Positions 59,456 to 64,000 of a DNA stretch of 64,000 nucleotides are shown one piece after another. The stretch comes from Terriglobia bacterium (GTDB lineage: Bacteria > Acidobacteriota > Terriglobia > 20CM-2-55-15), in assembly GCA_965218585.1 (NCBI GenBank), contig CBDCLE010000003.1:32001-96000 (forward strand), written 5' to 3'. Position 1 is the stretch's first letter. Each line of letters begins with the position of its first letter. The position numbers were made by a program, and so were the translations under genes. The notes under the pieces are model-generated. The model made no database searches and was not told the origin of the DNA. It worked only from the letters and a program-made list of their open reading frames with translations.

Positions 59456-61754
59456 ATGAAAAGAATCCGACCGATCGCTCTTCTTCTACTACCCGTAATT
59501 CTCGTATTTCTTGGACAAACCGTGCCACAGGCCGCAGCGCAGGAAGGTCTCGCAGGCTTTGAAGACCGCCGTGTCATGGCTGCAGCCCGACTCGGGCCCG
59601 GAGAAAGCATCGACCTAGACGGCCGACTAGACGAAGTTGCATGGGGACGGGCTGAACCGGCGACCGACTTCATCCAGATCGACCCGGACAACGGAGCAGC
59701 GGCGACCGAACCCACAGAGGTGTACATCCTGTTCAGCGAAAACAGCATGTACATGGGAGTCGTCCTCTACGACTCCGAACCGGACCAGCTCAGAGGCAAC
59801 ACCATGCAGCGCGACGCAGGCCTGGGAGCCGACGACCGTTTTATGTGGGTATTCGACACGTATCTGGACGAACGGACCGGATATTACTTCGAAATGAACC
59901 CATCGGGAGCCATGGGGGACCAGTTGGTCAGCGGTGGCGGCGGTGGATTCGGCGGTGGCGGTGGCGGATTCAGAGGCGGCGGTGGATTCGGCGGTGGCGG
60001 CCGTGCCTGGGACGCCATCTGGGACGCCCAGGTCCGCCGGAGCGAAATCGGATGGGTCCTCGAAATCGAAATGCCGTTCCGCACGCTGAACTTCGACCCG
60101 AACGGGCAAGCCTGGGGCATCAATTTCCAGCGGACAGTACGCCGAAAGAATGAGGAGACCATCTGGAACGGCTACCAACGTAATAGTGGGGGCCTCAGGA
60201 GGATGTCCAATGCCGGCCTGATCGTCGGTATGTCGGAGATCAGCCAGGGGGTCGGCCTGGATGTCATTCCGTACACAACCGGTCGTGCCAAGTCATTTCG
60301 TCCTCCCGGGTCACCCCCCGGAAGCGACCTCCACACGAATTATACGGGAGACCCCGGCGTCGATTTTGTCTATAACGTGACGCCGAGCCTCAGAGCCAAC
60401 TTCACCGTAAACACGGACTTTGCGGAAACCGAAGTGGATGACCGGCAGGTCAATTTGACCCGATTCTCTCTTCGTTTCCCTGAAAAACGGGATTTCTTCC
60501 TCGAAGGCAGCAACTTTTTCTCCCTCTCCGGTTTCGGTGACGCATTCTTCAGCCGCCGGATCGGCCTGACGGAAGGTTTACCTCAACGGATCGACTACGG
60601 CGTCAAGCTGACCGGGCAGGCCGGAGCGCAGGACATCGGTGTCCTGCAGGTGCGTACAGGGGAAGACGGGGGCCGTCCTGGGGAGGACTTTACGGTTTTC
60701 AGGGGCGCGCGCCGCTTCTTGAGCGAATCTCACGTTGGCATGCTCTACACGCGGCGGAGCGCGCGCGCGGGCCAGGTAGCGGACCCGACGGCAATCGGGC
60801 CTGCACTTCAAACGCTAGGATTCGATCTTAGTTTGAGAACGCAGCGCTTCATGGGCGACAAGAACCTCTCCTTTACCGGACACTACGTCACGACAACGAA
60901 TCCGGACGATACAGGGGATAATGCGCGTTACGGGGGCTCGTTCGGTTACTTCAACGATCTCTGGTCGGGAATCCTCGGCATGACGGAAACTCAGGCAAAC
61001 TTCGATCCCGCTGTCGGTTTCGTCAACCGGCGCGGTATCAAAGAATACAATACGTTCGTTCGGTTCTCACCGCGGCCGCGAAACCACCCCTTGATCCGCC
61101 AGTTCCAGTGGAGCGCCAGCTTCAACCAGACGGACGACAGCCGAAACGTCATGTTGTCCCAAAGACTCAGCTTCGGCCTGTTCCAGATGAACACCCATGC
61201 CGGAGACCACTTTGGTTTCAGCATCAGTCGCGAGTTTGAAAGGCTCCAGAGAGATTTCAGGATGGGCCCGAACCGTTCCGTTGTCCTGGAGGCCGGAAAC
61301 CAGTACCGCTACAACAGATATAACGTCAACTGGAACATGAGCAACCAGAGGCCTGTGTCTCTTGGCGGACAGTTCCGATGGGGGCGACTACTTCAGTGGC
61401 ACTCGCCGCGACTTCGAGCCACGTCTCTCTATCCGTCCCCGCAACGGACTGAGCATCAGACTGGAAAACGAATGGACGCGTATCGAACTGCCCGAGGGCA
61501 GCTTCTCCGTCAGCATTTTCGCGGCCGACGTGAGTGTTCAACTCAGCCCATGGATCTCGCTCGCCAGCAATGTTCAGTACGACAACGACAGTCGGAACCT
61601 GGGCTGGCAGGCCCGGTTCCGCTGGATTCTGAACCCCGGCAACGACCTCTTTCTGGTGTACAACCACAACTGGCTGAGCGATCCTGCAGGCGGCGGTTTT
61701 AGTACTGTAGACCGTCAACTGGCTTCCAAGCTGGTTTACACCCATCGCTTCTAA
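59456..61754 (+). pseudogene. DUF5916/CBM9-like outer-membrane protein, +1 frameshift in a G-run near 61380
   Basis: LDGRLDE, WGINF.R, NTDFAETEVD, NLTRF..FPEKRDFFLE, FFSRRIG; C-terminal KLVYTHRF in the next frame. Confidence 0.8.
59932..60001 (+). repeat. Gly-coding tandem repeat
   Basis: GGCGGTGGATTC-like units encoding GGGGGFGGGGGGFRGGGGFGGGG. Confidence 0.75.
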
Positions 61755-61868
61755 AATTCCTTAAGTCAGAACATAACCTGGTCTTCCAGTGTGGGTCGAA
61801 GTCCGTTCCAGGATAGACTCTGTAGTTGGACGCTCAATGGACACGCATTCCGTTGGTGAGGCCAAGTC

Positions 61869-62264
61869 ATGAAAAAGATCGAAAAGACCGAGGAAGAAGG
61901 GCAACAGGAACTGACAGACGAGCAATACCACGTCTGCCGTCAAAAAGGGACCGAACCCCCCTTTACCGGCAAGTATCACGACTCGAAAGACACCGGAATC
62001 TATCGCTGCGTCTGCTGTGGGAGCGAATTGTTTGAGTCGGAAACAAAATTCGACTCGGGCACAGGGTGGCCCAGCTTCTATCAGCCGATCTCAGAAGAGA
62101 CAGTCGGGACGGAAGAAGACTCGAGTTACGGCATGCGCAGGACAGAAGTCGTCTGTAAAGCCTGCGGGGCGCATCTGGGTCACGTCTTTCCCGACGGGCC
62201 ACAGCCGACCGGACTCCGATACTGCATCAACTCCGCTTCTCTGGATCTGGATAGCAAAGATTAA
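61869..62264 (+). CDS. msrB: Peptide methionine-R-sulfoxide reductase
   Basis: [35 protein letters not shown]. Confidence 0.95.
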   Translation: MKKIEKTEEEGQQELTDEQYHVCRQKGTEPPFTGKYHDSKDTGIYRCVCCGSELFESETKFDSGTGWPSFYQPISEETVGTEEDSSYGMRRTEVVCKACGAHLGHVFPDGPQPTGLRYCINSASLDLDSKD

Positions 62265-62269
62265 GAATC

Positions 62270-62327
62270 AACGCAGAGACGCAGAGGGCGCGGAGACGCA
62301 GGATTTTTCTTCGCGTTTCTCCGCGCC
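62270..62327. repeat. REP-like imperfect palindrome
   Basis: ACGCAGAGACGCAGAGGGCGCGGAGACGC...GCGTTTCTCCGCGCC between convergent genes. Confidence 0.45.
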
Positions 62328-62334
62328 CGGCCAT

Positions 62335-62910
62335 CTAATCTTCGTCCACTTCGCTTCCAGCTTGTTCCAATTCGAGGCTGTCGGCGGTGGCGGGTTGGCC
62401 CAGTTCCCAGCGAATAATCCCGGTTGAGTCGACAAAAAACGATCTCTTGCTATCGATTCGGGTTGAGGGTTGCGCTGTCAGGCTGTAAGTGTCGGCGTTC
62501 GGGCTTCCCCGCATTCGGATCTGGTAGCCACTATCGGCAAGCGACGGATCTTCGCCCAAAGTCAGTTCCTGAACCAATTCCCCTAGGGTGAGGGCGTATC
62601 TCCTGTTGAGGTTCACGAAATTGGTCTGGGCTTCACTAACATCCCGGACGGCCTGTAGTGCCTGAGCCTCACTGGCAGCGCTTACCTCACCCAGCAGCGC
62701 CTCGGCTTCGACTGCACTGGGAGTCGTGGCGAACCTTCTGACGATGTCTTCCAGAAGGCCTTCGCTTTCCCCGAACTGACCGGCCTGGTTCGCGGCAACC
62801 GCCTGACCGAACAATTCGGCCGACTCATCGGCAGGATCAGGTGCCCCACCGCCACCCGCGCATCCGAGCAAAACACTACAAAGCAAGACTGCAACTGTGA
62901 GTTTTCTCAT
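62335..62910 (-). CDS. Lipoprotein with TPR-like helix pair and pilin-like C-terminal domain
   Basis: LLGC lipobox; AQTNF...YALTLGEL...YSLTAQP...RSFFVDSTGIIR. Confidence 0.6.
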   Translation of the reverse strand: MRKLTVAVLLCSVLLGCAGGGGAPDPADESAELFGQAVAANQAGQFGESEGLLEDIVRRFATTPSAVEAEALLGEVSAASEAQALQAVRDVSEAQTNFVNLNRRYALTLGELVQELTLGEDPSLADSGYQIRMRGSPNADTYSLTAQPSTRIDSKRSFFVDSTGIIRWELGQPATADSLELEQAGSEVDED

Positions 62911-62939
62911 CAGGTTCCTCTTTCACCTCTGGAAAGCAT

Positions 62940-64000
62940 TCAGGACGGAATCGTAAAGCCGAGGACGATCGGATCGTGATCGGATAAGGGCGGCTCTTTT
63001 TCCGTCATACCCTCGAGGATTGCGGGAGCTTGCTCCGGATCGTTCGCGTCCACCCGAATCCCTTTTCCTGCAAACCAGTCGAGTTTCAACGAACAGCGCC
63101 CACCCTCCTTTTCCAAGGCCCAATTTATGAACGAAAAGCACCATTGGGGGATCCATTCGCCCATGTTCTTGTTCGCAGCCAGGTCATGGATCGAGTAATG
63201 CAAAGTGCATCCACCCGGCACATTCAGATCTCTGTAGTTGTAACCCCGGCTCTCAAGTTCACGGAACAGATGCCGTTCGAACCATCGATCCGGGTGCGGG
63301 TAGTGTCGTCTGAGGACACCCCGAACCCCCATCAGCACCCGTCGAACGTAACCCAGAATGGAATACAGGGCACGCCGGGCGTTATGTGTTGTTGTGTTCC
63401 AGTCCCCGCCAATGAGGACTGGTAGCCGGGGCTCGAGACCTTCCAGATGATCCAGAAGCAGGCGCATCTGCCGATGCCTGTGGCGCTGGCTCGAATGGGC
63501 GTCCATATGCAACGCCACCACTCGGAACCTCCCGAGCGGATGTTCGACGTCTGCGATAATGGCGCGCTGCGACCCGAGCCGCTTTTCCCGGCCGACCATC
63601 TTGTCCTTTCCGTTCGGTAATGCCAGCGCGTGTGCGTCCACAAGCGGGTACCTCGACATGATCGTATTCCCGTGTAGGGCCAGCGTGTTTTCCCCCTCCG
63701 CCTCCGCTTCGACTCCTGCTCCCTTATTAAGGGCAAGGTAACACGGCGCAAATACGTAGTGGACGCCCAGGTGGGTCGCAATCTCTCGAGCGACATGGCG
63801 ATTCGATGTTCGCGCCATCCCGTAGTCGACTTCGGTGAGCAGCCAAACATCGCTTGAAGCCAATGTCGGATCGGTGCGAAGAGCCTCAAGGATGCCGTCG
63901 AGTTGAATCCCGCGCTCAATGTTCCAGGCTGCGATCCGGATTGGGCGGCGCGGCGGCGGCGGTGTAACCGGCGGAAAGCTGCCGAGCTCGAGCCCACCCA
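62940..64000 (-). CDS. Endonuclease/exonuclease/phosphatase family protein (5' partial)
   Basis: AAWNIERG, LTEVD, GGDWN, KLDW, LSDHDP; frame is open past the window edge. Confidence 0.88.
   Translation of the reverse strand, partial: GGLELGSFPPVTPPPPRRPIRIAAWNIERGIQLDGILEALRTDPTLASSDVWLLTEVDYGMARTSNRHVAREIATHLGVHYVFAPCYLALNKGAGVEAEAEGENTLALHGNTIMSRYPLVDAHALALPNGKDKMVGREKRLGSQRAIIADVEHPLGRFRVVALHMDAHSSQRHRHRQMRLLLDHLEGLEPRLPVLIGGDWNTTTHNARRALYSILGYVRRVLMGVRGVLRRHYPHPDRWFERHLFRELESRGYNYRDLNVPGGCTLHYSIHDLAANKNMGEWIPQWCFSFINWALEKEGGRCSLKLDWFAGKGIRVDANDPEQAPAILEGMTEKEPPLSDHDPIVLGFTIPS

Noticed and set aside
63332-63997. Separate 221-aa ORF or frameshift in the last gene
   Set aside because: The EEP frame is open through AAWNIERG to the window edge; this ORF is an alternative frame.
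1-64000. CRISPR array, tRNA, rRNA, prophage
   Set aside because: No regularly spaced repeats, cloverleafs or phage genes seen; the repeats in 3700-5170 are protein-coding FG-GAP units.

Overview
GC-rich bacterial window; gene content suggests Acidobacteriota (inference). About 1-34 kb is an accessory island of secreted or periplasmic proteins: five DUF6152-type proteins, five MBL-fold hydrolases (two with EF-hand inserts), three NHL/PAL-like propellers, a heme c/PHM-like protein and amidohydrolases. It also holds a MetE-like/OsmC/rhodanese operon whose rhodanese is split by IS701 and IS256. About 35-64 kb is more housekeeping-like: NYN-LOTUS, HD-GYP, pgi, KamA-like radical SAM, trxA/TetR, two PAS-GGDEF, nhaA, DUF1800/DUF1501, acylase, msrB. 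Three signals are missed by the ORF track: (1) a probable selenoprotein, a lipoprotein-SnoaL-iodothyronine-deiodinase-like fusion with in-frame UGA at the catalytic site and a SECIS-like hairpin (30851-31889); (2) a sigma54-driven, GGA-rich, terminator-bounded candidate CsrB/Rsm-like sRNA (about 50141-50352); (3) an IS1111-type IS110 element whose long 3' noncoding end contains exact copies of its own donor and target junctions, as expected of a bridge/seek RNA. Several genes carry 1-bp frameshifts or nonsense codons (assembly error or decay). No CRISPR array, rRNA or tRNA was seen. All family assignments are from motif recognition, not database searches.
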